Shown: piece by piece, positions 1 through 8,556 of the stretch
How the letters are laid out: each line of letters starts with the position of its first letter
How positions within the stretch are numbered: position 1 is the first letter of the stretch
IMG/VR virus record: IMGVR_UViG_3300045589_000107
DNA: 41,305 bases
Source of the DNA: a virus
Direction: 5' to 3' (one strand)
The notes under the pieces: model-generated
What the model was told of the DNA's origin: nothing
Seen by the model: the letters and a program-made list of their open reading frames with translations, nothing else
The model's database searches: none
Translations under genes and position numbers: made by a program

Positions 1-127
1 TTCACTGGCACAATCAGTGTCCTTGGTCTAAATGCCACCGATCAGGTTGTGGCTGAGGGAATCAAAGAATTCCCACAAAAATACCCCGACCTAGTTAGCA
101 GACTAGACGGGGCGCTGAAGAAATTGA
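1..127. repeat. Terminal 127-bp sequence identical to 41179..41305 (circular closure overlap)
   Basis: Compared by eye base by base: ttcactggcacaatcagtgtcc...gcgctgaagaaattga occurs at both ends. Confidence 0.95.
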
Positions 128-141
128 ATTTGAAAATCTAA
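1..141 (+). CDS. 3' end of the ParB-like gene that starts at 40339 and wraps across the circular junction
   Basis: Position 1 is in frame with 40339. Translation is FTGTISVLGLNATDQVVAEGIKEFPQKYPDLVSRLDGALKKLNLKI, with stop TAA at 139..141. Confidence 0.8.
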   Translation, partial: FTGTISVLGLNATDQVVAEGIKEFPQKYPDLVSRLDGALKKLNLKI

Positions 142-153
142 GGAGAGATCAAC

Positions 154-954
154 ATGTTAGCAGTACCAGAAGAGAATAACAAGCGCACTGAAGAAATGAC
201 ATTACCAATCAAACAGTTATCGCTGGCCCAGTACCAGCGGGGCCTGCAGTCAAAAACTGTTACTTATATTGTAACGCACTATGACCCGAAGGTCATGCTG
301 CCGATTGAAGTCAGTGCCCGAGATGGGCTGTATCTAGTATTGGACGGTCAGCACCGGATTGCAGCATTAACGCAGCTGGGTATCAAGACGGTTCGGGCAC
401 ACGTGCACTTTGGCATGACTGAATCTGAGGAAGCCGAGTTCTTCGCCGCACAAAACGGGTATGGCACATCAGTTGCCCGGTCAATTGAAAATGCTCACGC
501 CGCTCTGATTGCCGGTGATCCTGTAGTGCGGGAAATTAACGACATCGTGGAGCGCGAGGGGCTGCGGATTGCCTGGGATGGTAAGCAACGGTTTGGCTGC
601 GTGACTAAGTGGGTGCCATTGGAACAAGCCTATCGCAAGTATGGCGCCAGGAACTTAGCAATGACACTACGGGTGATGCATCAGTCCTTTGGTGGGGATC
701 CCAAAGCTTATCTGTCTTATTCCATTGCTGCACTGTCTAAGATGCTTGATCCTTATGATCATGACCCTAACTTAAAAAGCGCTACGTTGCTGGTGCGGGC
801 GTTGCATCGAGAAGGATACAAACGTCTTTATCAGCAGGCCAAAGACTTGGCGGCACAAACTCGAAGCAAATTAGCAGATGCAGCACGTGTGGTCTTTATT
901 GACGCGTACAACTACCGAAAGCCTGTCGACAAACGGCTGAGCAAGTTTCTGTAA
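154..954 (+). CDS. ParB/Srx-fold protein with DGQHR motif (DndB-like/ParB N-terminal domain)
   Basis: 266-aa ORF. RBS AGGAGAG lies 6 nt upstream of the ATG. Motif is LVLDGQHRIAALTQLGIKTV. Confidence 0.8.
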   Translation: MLAVPEENNKRTEEMTLPIKQLSLAQYQRGLQSKTVTYIVTHYDPKVMLPIEVSARDGLYLVLDGQHRIAALTQLGIKTVRAHVHFGMTESEEAEFFAAQNGYGTSVARSIENAHAALIAGDPVVREINDIVEREGLRIAWDGKQRFGCVTKWVPLEQAYRKYGARNLAMTLRVMHQSFGGDPKAYLSYSIAALSKMLDPYDHDPNLKSATLLVRALHREGYKRLYQQAKDLAAQTRSKLADAARVVFIDAYNYRKPVDKRLSKFL

Positions 955-967
955 AGGAGGAAGCAAA

Positions 968-1228
968 ATGAAGCTAACAATTGAAGCCAGCGCCACCGAA
1001 TTACAAAAAATGCTCCGGGCTATTGCAGGTAGCCAGGAGCACGAAGAAGGGTTTCAGTCCAGCAGCTCTGAAAACATTATCATGCCGCTATCAAGTGATC
1101 GCGTGAAAAAGATGTGGAATACATTATCTACCCTTTGCTTTCTCGGTCCAGATGGTTTTACGTGTCTTTCTGATCAACATAAATCTGACCATTTCGTGAC
1201 AAAATCGGATAATTTGAAAAAGCAATAA
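968..1228 (+). CDS. Hypothetical protein (86 aa)
   Basis: Strong RBS AAGGAGG lies 7 nt before the ATG. The 3' 71 nt overlap the convergent gene 1158..1439. Confidence 0.55.
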   Translation: MKLTIEASATELQKMLRAIAGSQEHEEGFQSSSSENIIMPLSSDRVKKMWNTLSTLCFLGPDGFTCLSDQHKSDHFVTKSDNLKKQ

Positions 1229-1439
1229 GCGTTTTCATTTTCTGATCAAAATCAGTGAAAAGCAAAACTCCATCCGAATTTCGCATATACGCCTGGAAAT
1301 GGTATCCGTCTGCTTTAGCATAGTGATCTAACATTTTCGCGTTGGGACGAGTAGCAACTTTTATTGAAGCAATTTCATTGCTGACAAGCCGGTAATTCAT
1401 GTCGGGCCAGGGCAGATCCGTTATTTCTTTGATCTCCAA
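1158..1439 (-). CDS. Hypothetical protein (93 aa), reverse-oriented inside the early operon
   Basis: TTG start is preceded by AAGGAGG at 8-9 nt on the - strand. A globular-looking sequence and a 226-bp spacer separate it from the next + gene. Confidence 0.6.
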   Translation of the reverse strand: MEIKEITDLPWPDMNYRLVSNEIASIKVATRPNAKMLDHYAKADGYHFQAYMRNSDGVLLFTDFDQKMKTLIAFSNYPILSRNGQIYVDQKDT

Positions 1440-1469
1440 TTAATTTCGCCTCCTTCCTGTGACGCCACA

Positions 1470-1478
1470 ATTATCCCA
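1470..1478 (-). promoter_or_regulatory. Candidate extended -10 promoter (TGgGATAAT on - strand) for the reverse gene
   Basis: The reverse complement of 1470..1478 reads TGGGATAAT, about 25 nt upstream of the RBS of 1158..1439. The -35 is weak (TTCACC). Confidence 0.35.
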
Positions 1479-1665
1479 CTCTCGGAGGCTGGTGAACCAT
1501 GAAAAATTATGAAAGGGTTGATTGGCATGTTAGTCATTGACATCCCGTCCGCCATCATTGGTGGCATCATCATCAGTGCCTGTTGGTCAGAAGGTAAAGC
1601 AGTTTGGGCCAACCGGCACGAAGTTGTCAAGCTACTCCGGAGCAATTGGAAAGGAGGCGAGCATC

Positions 1666-2031
1666 ATGCTGCTGGGGACAAAAATAGAAGCCAATGTCAA
1701 CGGAATGGCTCTGATGATCCAACTGCCAACTGGGCTTCACGTCGTTGACGACGAATACGTAGCAGAACACGACGCCGCTCTGGCAAGAGCGGATATGGCC
1801 GGATGGTGGACAATGCCGGAATTGGTAAAACGATATCACCAGAATCCAACTTGGTTTGCAGACAACGTGTTTCAAGTTCCGCGGTTCATGAAAGTTCTTC
1901 GAGGGCAATGTGTCATGTACCCGCGTGAAGGCGTCAAGGGCTATACATGTGAGCCGGAAGCATTTGGAGAGTTCATGAAAAAGTGGTTTCCAGAAATTGC
2001 CAGGAACGCAATGAAAGGTGGCAAATCTTAA
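1666..2031 (+). CDS. DUF771-like protein
   Basis: An internal ATG at 1666 has RBS AAGGAGG. The sequence WWTMPELVKRYHQNPTWFADNVFQVPRFMKVLRGQCVMYPREG resembles the DUF771 family. The N-terminal extension from 1537 is rejected. Confidence 0.7.
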   Translation: MLLGTKIEANVNGMALMIQLPTGLHVVDDEYVAEHDAALARADMAGWWTMPELVKRYHQNPTWFADNVFQVPRFMKVLRGQCVMYPREGVKGYTCEPEAFGEFMKKWFPEIARNAMKGGKS

Positions 2032-2177
2032 TGGAACCAATTGATCAGTATCGGTTAGAGACAGTCGAAGCCTACCGAGCACAAGCGTCAAGCGACTGGC
2101 AGAAGCAGTTAGCAGACAGCATTTACATGCGTTTGTTGATCAGCTGCCGCAAGAAAGAAATGGAGGAACAACGATGA
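2031..2177 (+). CDS. Hypothetical small protein (48 aa)
   Basis: TAATG stop/start overlap with the upstream gene, in the operon reading frame. Confidence 0.5.
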   Translation: MEPIDQYRLETVEAYRAQASSDWQKQLADSIYMRLLISCRKKEMEEQR

Positions 2178-2419
2178 TGCCTGATTGGTTGTACTACATC
2201 AAGGATTACGAAGCGTTCGAAGAAAACTTGGACCGTGTCCGGAATTATGCCACAGAGGTAGACAATGACGTTTTCATCGATGACGCTTCGCCGGAAGCAG
2301 ATGCCACAGCGTTGAATGTTGCGCTTGATGTCCTGGACGCGCAAATCAATCGTGCAAAAAAAGCCGCCGACGGGGCAACGTCAGACGGCAATGTGAAAGG
2401 AAATGTTTTACATGAATAG
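2174..2419 (+). CDS. Hypothetical acidic protein (81 aa)
   Basis: RBS GGAGG lies 7 nt upstream. ATGA overlap with the previous ORF. Confidence 0.6.
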   Translation: MMPDWLYYIKDYEAFEENLDRVRNYATEVDNDVFIDDASPEADATALNVALDVLDAQINRAKKAADGATSDGNVKGNVLHE

Positions 2420-3302
2420 CTTAAACCAAAACGAAGTATCTGTCACGAACTTCGGTGTCAAATTTACGCCGGCGTCTCTGGCTATCCAGAACTATGACGC
2501 CATGGTTGAGCAGACCAAGGCTATTGCCGCCAAGTACGCTAATCTGATGATTACCGAACGGACACTAAAAGCAGCCAAGCAATCACGAGCTGATCTTCGC
2601 AAGTTTCGGATGGCCATTGAGGACAAGCGCAAGGAAGTTCGACGGGAATATGCCAAGCCTTACGACGATTTTAAGGACAAAGTAGACGCGTTGACTGGCA
2701 TCATTGACCAGGCCATTGCCCCAATTGATCGGGGTGTCAAGGATCTTGAAGAGCAGCAACGGCAAGAACGGGAAGAAGCCGTGCGTCAGGAGATCAAGAC
2801 CATCACAGAATCCCGTGGCTTGGCACCGGAAGATATTCAATACGATCAGCACTGGGAAAACAAGTCGTTATCCAGCATTGAGCGCACCCGTCAGATTGCG
2901 GCCGCAGCCGATTTCGTTAAAAGCCAGAAGGAAAAGCATGAGGCTGACTGCAAGGCAATTACTCGTTACGCCAAGGCTCTCGATGTTGACGCTGGGGGCT
3001 GGCTCGGGCTGGTTGACCAAGGTGTTGAGATGACCGACGTCATGGCCCGCATGGATGCCTACGTGGAGCAGCAGAAGCAGGAAGCAGCAGCTGAGAAGCA
3101 GCGTCAGGAAGCACAAGCAGCCATCGATGCTCTCCACCAGCAGAAGGTCGGTGAACAAGTGGTGGACACGGAAACCGGTGAAGTCGTGGATGCTGGCCCT
3201 AACAAGTACAGCTATGTGATTGAAGTCTCTGCCACGCCAAAAGAAATGGACGCGCTCCAATCCTACATGACTACGAATGGTTTGACCTGGGTGGTGAAGT
3301 AA
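2403..3302 (+). CDS. DUF1351-like protein (recombination module partner)
   Basis: 299-aa ORF, coiled-coil rich, immediately upstream of ERF as in many Firmicutes phages. The start may be the ATG at 2412. Confidence 0.75.
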   Translation: MFYMNSLNQNEVSVTNFGVKFTPASLAIQNYDAMVEQTKAIAAKYANLMITERTLKAAKQSRADLRKFRMAIEDKRKEVRREYAKPYDDFKDKVDALTGIIDQAIAPIDRGVKDLEEQQRQEREEAVRQEIKTITESRGLAPEDIQYDQHWENKSLSSIERTRQIAAAADFVKSQKEKHEADCKAITRYAKALDVDAGGWLGLVDQGVEMTDVMARMDAYVEQQKQEAAAEKQRQEAQAAIDALHQQKVGEQVVDTETGEVVDAGPNKYSYVIEVSATPKEMDALQSYMTTNGLTWVVK

Positions 3303-3385
3303 TGCCGATTGAAGAGATGGATCGCATGAGCGACGACGAGATTCGGCGTTATTTGGAACGAATGGATGAGGAGGACGACATATGA
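3302..3385 (+). CDS. Hypothetical 27-aa acidic peptide
   Basis: MPIEEMDRMSDDEIRRYLERMDEEDDI. TAATG overlap upstream and ATGA overlap downstream. Below the size cut-off of the ORF track. Confidence 0.4.
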   Translation: MPIEEMDRMSDDEIRRYLERMDEEDDI

Positions 3386-4071
3386 AACATTCTGACTCAA
3401 TCAAAAATCTCGCACGTGCTTTGGTACTATTCCGTAGTCAGCTAGTTCAGCCAGTTAAGGACAAAATAAACCCGTTCTTAAAGAACAAGTATGTACCCCT
3501 TGAGGGTGTTGTGGAAGCTGTAGACAAGGGCATTCATGGAACGGGCCTGTCTTACACACAAAGCGTCTCAGGAGGCGACAAGAGTATTACTGTCACTACT
3601 GTCATTACGCATGAAAGTGGGGAGTGGTTAGAAATGGATGGCCTCACACTGCCAATGGCCAAACAGGACGCACAGGCAGGCGGTTCCGCCATCACCTATG
3701 CTCGCCGATATTCGCTGTCAGCTGCGTTTGGAATCACATCAGACACAGACGACGACGGTGATACAGCAAGCCGAAGGCAGGATACTAATCTAGCAGATGG
3801 CAGGCGAGCAAGCGGTACACAGCAGGCGCAGCCAGCACAACGTATCCAGCCAAATGAGCTAATCGTTCTGGAGCAACTGGTAAGTGATTATGCCAAGCAG
3901 TTGGGAATGAATGACGCCAAGGTTTGGGCATGGATTCTTCACAAAACGAAGAGCAGGACGGCCAACATTAAGGATTTATCGCCCCAAGAAGCTGGGCAGG
4001 TCAAGCTGTTTATCAAGAACAACCCAGCGAACAAGTTGCTCGAGATGCATCGGGAGAAAGAGGCTAAATAA
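3382..4071 (+). CDS. ERF-family single-strand annealing protein
   Basis: Motifs NPFLKNKYVPLEGV and GGSAITYARRYSLSAAFGI. Confidence 0.9.
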   Translation: MKHSDSIKNLARALVLFRSQLVQPVKDKINPFLKNKYVPLEGVVEAVDKGIHGTGLSYTQSVSGGDKSITVTTVITHESGEWLEMDGLTLPMAKQDAQAGGSAITYARRYSLSAAFGITSDTDDDGDTASRRQDTNLADGRRASGTQQAQPAQRIQPNELIVLEQLVSDYAKQLGMNDAKVWAWILHKTKSRTANIKDLSPQEAGQVKLFIKNNPANKLLEMHREKEAK

Positions 4072-4772
4072 TGATTACTGGGCATGTCAAGAATATCAAA
4101 GGGAGAGAAATTACAATCGTTTCCGACGATGATCTGGACATGCTACAGATTGCCAAACTAAGCAATGGAAAAATGCTGAGTGCTCAAGTAGCAATCAATG
4201 ATGGTCGGCATATCTCGCCAGATCAGCGCAAGAAGGCATGGGCATTGATTAACGATTTCGCCAGCTACACAGGATATCTTCCGCAGGAAATGGAGCAATT
4301 GATGAAAGCAGAGTACATGATTCGCACTGGTGCTGACTGGTTTAGCATGACGGACTGCTCAATGAGTACAGCAGCAGGCTTTATCACGGCAATGCTGGAC
4401 TGGGGATTTGCCAATGATATCCCATGGACGCTCAAGACGTGGGATATGATCCCCACAGACTATCATCTGACTATCCAATGCATCCGTCATCGGAAATGCA
4501 TCATCTGTGGCAAGTCGGCCGATATTGATCATGTAACAACTGTCGGAATGGGCAACAATCGCAACCACATCGACAATCGTGGCCGGTACTTTCTCCCGCT
4601 CTGTCGCATTCATCACACGATCCGGCATGAAATGGGTGTCACCAGCTTCACGGATATGTACCATATCAAACCGGTAAAGCTGGACGACAAAACAATTAGA
4701 TCACTTAAGCTCAACACGCAAGCACAATTCGATGAATTTGATGAAAGGAGGAGCACAGATGGAACAGCCTAA
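4071..4772 (+). CDS. HNH-motif nuclease-like protein (DUF968-like)
   Basis: CIICGKSADIDHV...LCRIHHTIRH Cys/His motifs. ATGA-type overlap with erf. Confidence 0.65.
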   Translation: MITGHVKNIKGREITIVSDDDLDMLQIAKLSNGKMLSAQVAINDGRHISPDQRKKAWALINDFASYTGYLPQEMEQLMKAEYMIRTGADWFSMTDCSMSTAAGFITAMLDWGFANDIPWTLKTWDMIPTDYHLTIQCIRHRKCIICGKSADIDHVTTVGMGNNRNHIDNRGRYFLPLCRIHHTIRHEMGVTSFTDMYHIKPVKLDDKTIRSLKLNTQAQFDEFDERRSTDGTA

Positions 4773-5475
4773 TTACTATGCAATTATCCCGGCAAATATT
4801 AGGTATGATAAAAAAATTACGCCTGGTGCCAAGTTGCTTTACGGAGAAATCACTGCACTGAGCAACAAAAAGGGATTTTGCTGGGCCAAAGACCAGTATT
4901 TCATGAATCTCTATAACGTTGGACAAACAACTGTTCAACGCTGGCTGCACTCATTAGAATCTGGCGGGTACATCAAACGCAGTGTTCAGTACAAAGAGGG
5001 AACCAAAGAAATAGAAAATAGGTATATCCGAATTCGGGCATACCCTATACCCGAAAATGGGCATACCCCTATGCCCAAAAACGGGCAAGAGAATAGTACA
5101 AGTATTATTAATAATACAAGGGTTAATAAGAACCATAGTCCGGTTAGCACCGGACAGCACCCCTCAATCGACTATTCAGGAATCATTGGGTACTTAAATC
5201 AGAAAAGCGGTAAGCACTTTAGAGATACGGCTGCAACTCGGAAGCTGATCTCTGCACGTCTTAATGACGGTCACTTTACTGAAGCTAGCGTCCGTCAAGC
5301 AATCGATAATGTCGTGTCGTCATGGTCAGGAGATCCCAAGATGGATAAATATGTAAGGCCAACTACGATATTTAAGCAGTCTAAGTTTGAAGATTACGTA
5401 TCCGCGCCGCCATATAACAGTCGGCGCAAGCAAACACAGGAGGATGGCGAATCGTATGGAGGCATTGTCTTTTAG
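4759..5475 (+). CDS. Replisome organizer / replication initiator (HTH N-domain plus conserved phage C-terminal domain)
   Basis: RBS AAAGGAGGAG precedes the ATG at 4759. N-terminus is NYYAIIPANIRYDKKITPGAKLLYGEITALS. C-terminus is IIGYLNQKSGKHFR...RPTTIF. Confidence 0.85.
   Translation: MEQPNYYAIIPANIRYDKKITPGAKLLYGEITALSNKKGFCWAKDQYFMNLYNVGQTTVQRWLHSLESGGYIKRSVQYKEGTKEIENRYIRIRAYPIPENGHTPMPKNGQENSTSIINNTRVNKNHSPVSTGQHPSIDYSGIIGYLNQKSGKHFRDTAATRKLISARLNDGHFTEASVRQAIDNVVSSWSGDPKMDKYVRPTTIFKQSKFEDYVSAPPYNSRRKQTQEDGESYGGIVF
5020..5087. repeat. Origin-like cluster of direct and inverted repeats inside the organizer gene linker
   Basis: Imperfect 30-bp palindrome centred on GAATTC (5020..5049). 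GGGCATACCC occurs at 5036..5045 and 5059..5068. Palindrome GGGCATAccccTATGCCC at 5059..5076. An AT-rich stretch follows. Confidence 0.5.
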
Positions 5476-6277
5476 TGCTATACAAGGGATAGCCTGCATG
5501 ATGAACAAGATTTGCCCGATTCACGGCACGCATATGCTTGTCGTACCTGGTCATGCCCCATTTTGTCCCCAGTGCGCTAGTGATGAGCGCGACAAACGAG
5601 AGCTCGGTGCAATCCACCAGCATATGGCTAAACGTGCTGAGAGAGCTACTACAGGCGTTCTAACGCATGACTCGATATTTGATGATCCGGATGCAGTGGA
5701 TTGTACTTTTAACAACTACATTACAGAGCCGGATACGGAAGCAGCGACAAATCTATATAAAGCACGTCATCTTGCCGGCCGCTATCTAAATCCGGAGTAT
5801 CGAGCCAATACGATCCTGACAGGCAACCCAGGAACCGGTAAGACCCATCTCGCTATGGGCATGCTGCATGCGGTTAACGACCATATTCAGCCGCCCGTCG
5901 CTTGCATTTTTATCAGCGTTAACGAGATGACTAGACGGGTCAAGGATAGCTTTAACAACCGGCAGTCGTGGTACACCGAGGAACACGTGACGCGCATGGT
6001 CAGCAAGGCTAATTTGCTGGTACTGGACGACTTGGGATCAGAATCATCTATGCGGAGCATGTCCAATGAATCGTCTGACTGGACGCAACAGTTTCTGTTC
6101 GGTCTGCTTAATAAGCGCAAAGGCCGGACCATTATCACTACAAATCTGAATAGCCATGAACTCACTAAAATATACAACCCCAAGCTTATATCACGGATGT
6201 ACTGGGGTGTTGAAAAGAATGGTGGCGTCATCAAATTCACGGATGCCACACCTGACAAAAGAAAGGATCTGTTTTGA
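5456..6277 (+). CDS. DnaC/IstB-like AAA+ helicase loader
   Basis: Walker A GNPGTGKTHLA and Walker B LLVLDDLG, with an N-terminal CxxC...CxxC. The start is ambiguous (ATG 5444 or 5456). Confidence 0.85.
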   Translation: MEALSFSAIQGIACMMNKICPIHGTHMLVVPGHAPFCPQCASDERDKRELGAIHQHMAKRAERATTGVLTHDSIFDDPDAVDCTFNNYITEPDTEAATNLYKARHLAGRYLNPEYRANTILTGNPGTGKTHLAMGMLHAVNDHIQPPVACIFISVNEMTRRVKDSFNNRQSWYTEEHVTRMVSKANLLVLDDLGSESSMRSMSNESSDWTQQFLFGLLNKRKGRTIITTNLNSHELTKIYNPKLISRMYWGVEKNGGVIKFTDATPDKRKDLF

Positions 6278-6432
6278 TGACCAAGTGCAAGCTATGCGAT
6301 GGCCGTGGTGTTATCTGGGTAGCTCAGCCGGACATTGGCGGCTACATGATCGAACCGTGCCCACAGTGTAATAAGGCATATCGAGGAAGCCAAGGATATG
6401 GACCTGTGAAGGAGGAAAAACAGGATGCTTAA
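6277..6432 (+). CDS. Small zinc-ribbon protein (51 aa)
   Basis: MTKCKLCDGRGVIWVAQPDIGGYMIEPCPQCNKAYRG..., with two CxxC pairs. ATGA-type overlap with the loader gene. Not in the ORF track. Confidence 0.55.
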   Translation: MTKCKLCDGRGVIWVAQPDIGGYMIEPCPQCNKAYRGSQGYGPVKEEKQDA

Positions 6433-6835
6433 TCAAGTAGCACTAATTGGGCGGTTGACAAGAGATGTTGACTTACGAAAAACACAATCAGGCAAGGAGG
6501 TTGGACAGTTTATCCTCGCCGTTAACAGAAATTACAAGAACGCGCAGGGCAATGTGGATGCAGACTTTATTTCTTGCCAAGTCTGGCATAACGCTGATGT
6601 CTTGAGTAAATACACGCACAAGGGATCGTTAATCAGCATCACAGGTCAAATTCAGACTGGCAGTTATGACAATAAACAAGGCCAACATGTCTACACCACC
6701 GATATTGTTGTTGATCACTTTGATTTTTTGGAAAGCAAGAGCAGCGGCACACAGCCAAGACAAAACAACCATCAGTCACTGCAGCAGAATGACGATCAGA
6801 CACCGATAATTAGTGGCGATGATCTACCGTTCTAG
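6425..6835 (+). CDS. ssb: Single-stranded DNA-binding protein
   Basis: OB-fold N-terminus MLNQVALIGRLTRDVDLRKT and acidic tail DDLPF. Confidence 0.93.
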   Translation: MLNQVALIGRLTRDVDLRKTQSGKEVGQFILAVNRNYKNAQGNVDADFISCQVWHNADVLSKYTHKGSLISITGQIQTGSYDNKQGQHVYTTDIVVDHFDFLESKSSGTQPRQNNHQSLQQNDDQTPIISGDDLPF

Positions 6836-6846
6836 GAGGTTATTGG

Positions 6847-7371
6847 ATGAGCACTATGACACATAAGGAACGCCAGACAGTGGGCCGTCTGCTAGCTGCC
6901 AAACTGTTGGACAAGCGCGTACCAGAAGACGCGCCAGAGTGGCAACAAGTACGCGAACTGCTTGGCGGCATAAAAGAGAAAAAGGCAAACAAGCGCCCAG
7001 CCAAGATCAGCGGCACTAAAAAGCGCCAGTTAGAAGCCATCAAAAAGCGCAAGCAGATATACCCAAGACTCATTGATCAAGGATATGCTAGCTATCAGAT
7101 CGCGGCCGAGCTAGGAATTAGCCGATCCGTTGTATCACATGATCTTATGCGCTTTGGCTTGCAAGCCCATCAACGCTATCGCTGGCGAGCAACCAACACG
7201 GCAACTGGGAAGACTGGATACTACACGTCGCCAGTCGACATGCGATCCGATACTCACGTGACAAAAGCACTGTGGCGTATCGACAGGCAAGCAGTTGTTG
7301 GTCCGTGGCTGGTCGAGCGCGGGTGCTGGTATCAGGACAGCCAGGGCAACTGGTATGAGGCGCCGAAATGA
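6847..7371 (+). CDS. HTH-containing protein (174 aa)
   Basis: RBS AGGAGG lies 7 nt upstream. Putative HTH is YASYQIAAELGISRSVVSHDL. Confidence 0.65.
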   Translation: MSTMTHKERQTVGRLLAAKLLDKRVPEDAPEWQQVRELLGGIKEKKANKRPAKISGTKKRQLEAIKKRKQIYPRLIDQGYASYQIAAELGISRSVVSHDLMRFGLQAHQRYRWRATNTATGKTGYYTSPVDMRSDTHVTKALWRIDRQAVVGPWLVERGCWYQDSQGNWYEAPK

Positions 7372-7800
7372 TCAGGATCGAAATACCAGGTGATCCCGTT
7401 GCGCAAGGACGGCCAAGATTTGCTAGGCGAGGTAAATTTGTTAGCACATACGACCCGCCTAAGTCACGAGCCTACAAACAAAAGGTAGCCATATACGCAC
7501 GTACCTCTATGGCGTCCAGAGAGCCGTTTACCGGCCCGTTAGAAGTGACTGTGTATATTTTACCGGCAGATACAGCAAAGTGGCTCACAGAGGCTGAAAC
7601 AGGCCAAACTAGATGGCAAGATATTGCCAACTGTCAAACCAGACGTGGACAACGTTTTTAAGGCCGTCACGGACGCCTGCACAGGGATCGTTTGGCACGA
7701 CGACAACCAGATCGTTAAAGCCCACATCATTAAAAAGTACAGTGATCAGCCACGAGCGGTATTGGAAGTAGAGGAACTTGGAGAGGAGCAGGAAAAATGA
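7368..7800 (+). pseudogene. rusA: RusA-family Holliday junction resolvase split by a +1 frame change near 7551..7562
   Basis: Frame 0 gives MIRIEIPGDPVAQGRPRFARRG...PLEVTVYI. The +1 frame, open from 7549, gives FYRQIQQSGSQRLKQAKLDGKILPTVKPDVDNVFKAVTDACTGIVWHDDNQIV... and ends at TGA 7798..7800, overlapping the next ATG. Confidence 0.7.
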
Positions 7801-8081
7801 GTTATGTGATTATCGGCATTAAATCCCGGAAACAGTACGGCGGTGAGTTTAACACCATCATTGATGCGCATCGGTATCTTAACGATAAGCTAGAACGACG
7901 GACAATGGCTCGACGTCCAGAAAGCACTAAGGTCGGCTTAGATGAGCCGATGTTTATCGCCAAGGCCAACGCTCCTATTGATGCCCAGCTGCCTGACATG
8001 CGACGAGACGCCACGTTGTACGAATTCGAAAGAGTGCATAACTGGATGACCGCTAATCGTGTACGGGAGCGGATCGGATGA
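7797..8081 (+). CDS. Hypothetical protein (94 aa)
   Basis: RBS GAGGAG lies 8 nt upstream. ATGA overlap with the rusA end. Confidence 0.65.
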   Translation: MSYVIIGIKSRKQYGGEFNTIIDAHRYLNDKLERRTMARRPESTKVGLDEPMFIAKANAPIDAQLPDMRRDATLYEFERVHNWMTANRVRERIG

Positions 8082-8314
8082 ACAGTTATGATGTTGGCGA
8101 CTGGGTCCGTTACAAAGGCGTTCCTTGCCGGGTGATTGGACATTGGCATGACAAACAATGGGTGGACCACCTTGTACTGTGCGTGCCAGAAAATGTTGGA
8201 ACGCTTCGAAAAGCCAAGCAAGTGACTCGCTGGAGATTCGTCGGAACTGCGTTGCCAGAGACGGTAAAACCGATTGAAGAAATGAGACAACTGGAGAGGA
8301 TTGATGAAAGATGA
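8078..8314 (+). CDS. Hypothetical protein (78 aa)
   Basis: Overlapping stop/start in the operon, with a GGAG RBS. Confidence 0.6.
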   Translation: MNSYDVGDWVRYKGVPCRVIGHWHDKQWVDHLVLCVPENVGTLRKAKQVTRWRFVGTALPETVKPIEEMRQLERIDER

Positions 8315-8556
8315 AGACATACACCAAAAAAGAAATGCAAAAGCTGGTTGGTATTGAGGCCGTATTTGCGACTGCTGCTATTGCTGGCAAAGGGATTCAA
8401 GAGCTGATGATTCAGTACAACCTTGATGAGTATGATTTGCCGGACGGGGTATTTGATGACCTAAACGTCGCGTTGGGTCGGCTGGCAAACGTGCAAGTGG
8501 CGTTGCAGAAGGAAAGCCATGATCTATTGAGCAAGGAGGAGCAAGACCATGAATAA
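8311..8556 (+). CDS. Hypothetical protein (81 aa)
   Basis: Overlapping stop/start in the operon. Confidence 0.6.
   Translation: MKTYTKKEMQKLVGIEAVFATAAIAGKGIQELMIQYNLDEYDLPDGVFDDLNVALGRLANVQVALQKESHDLLSKEEQDHE

Noticed and set aside
1421-1748. ORFs 1421..1645 (-), 1509..1748 (+) and the N-terminal extension 1537..1665 of the DUF771 gene
   Set aside because: None has an RBS, they overlap one another in the divergent spacer, and the DUF771 homology begins at the RBS-preceded ATG at 1666.
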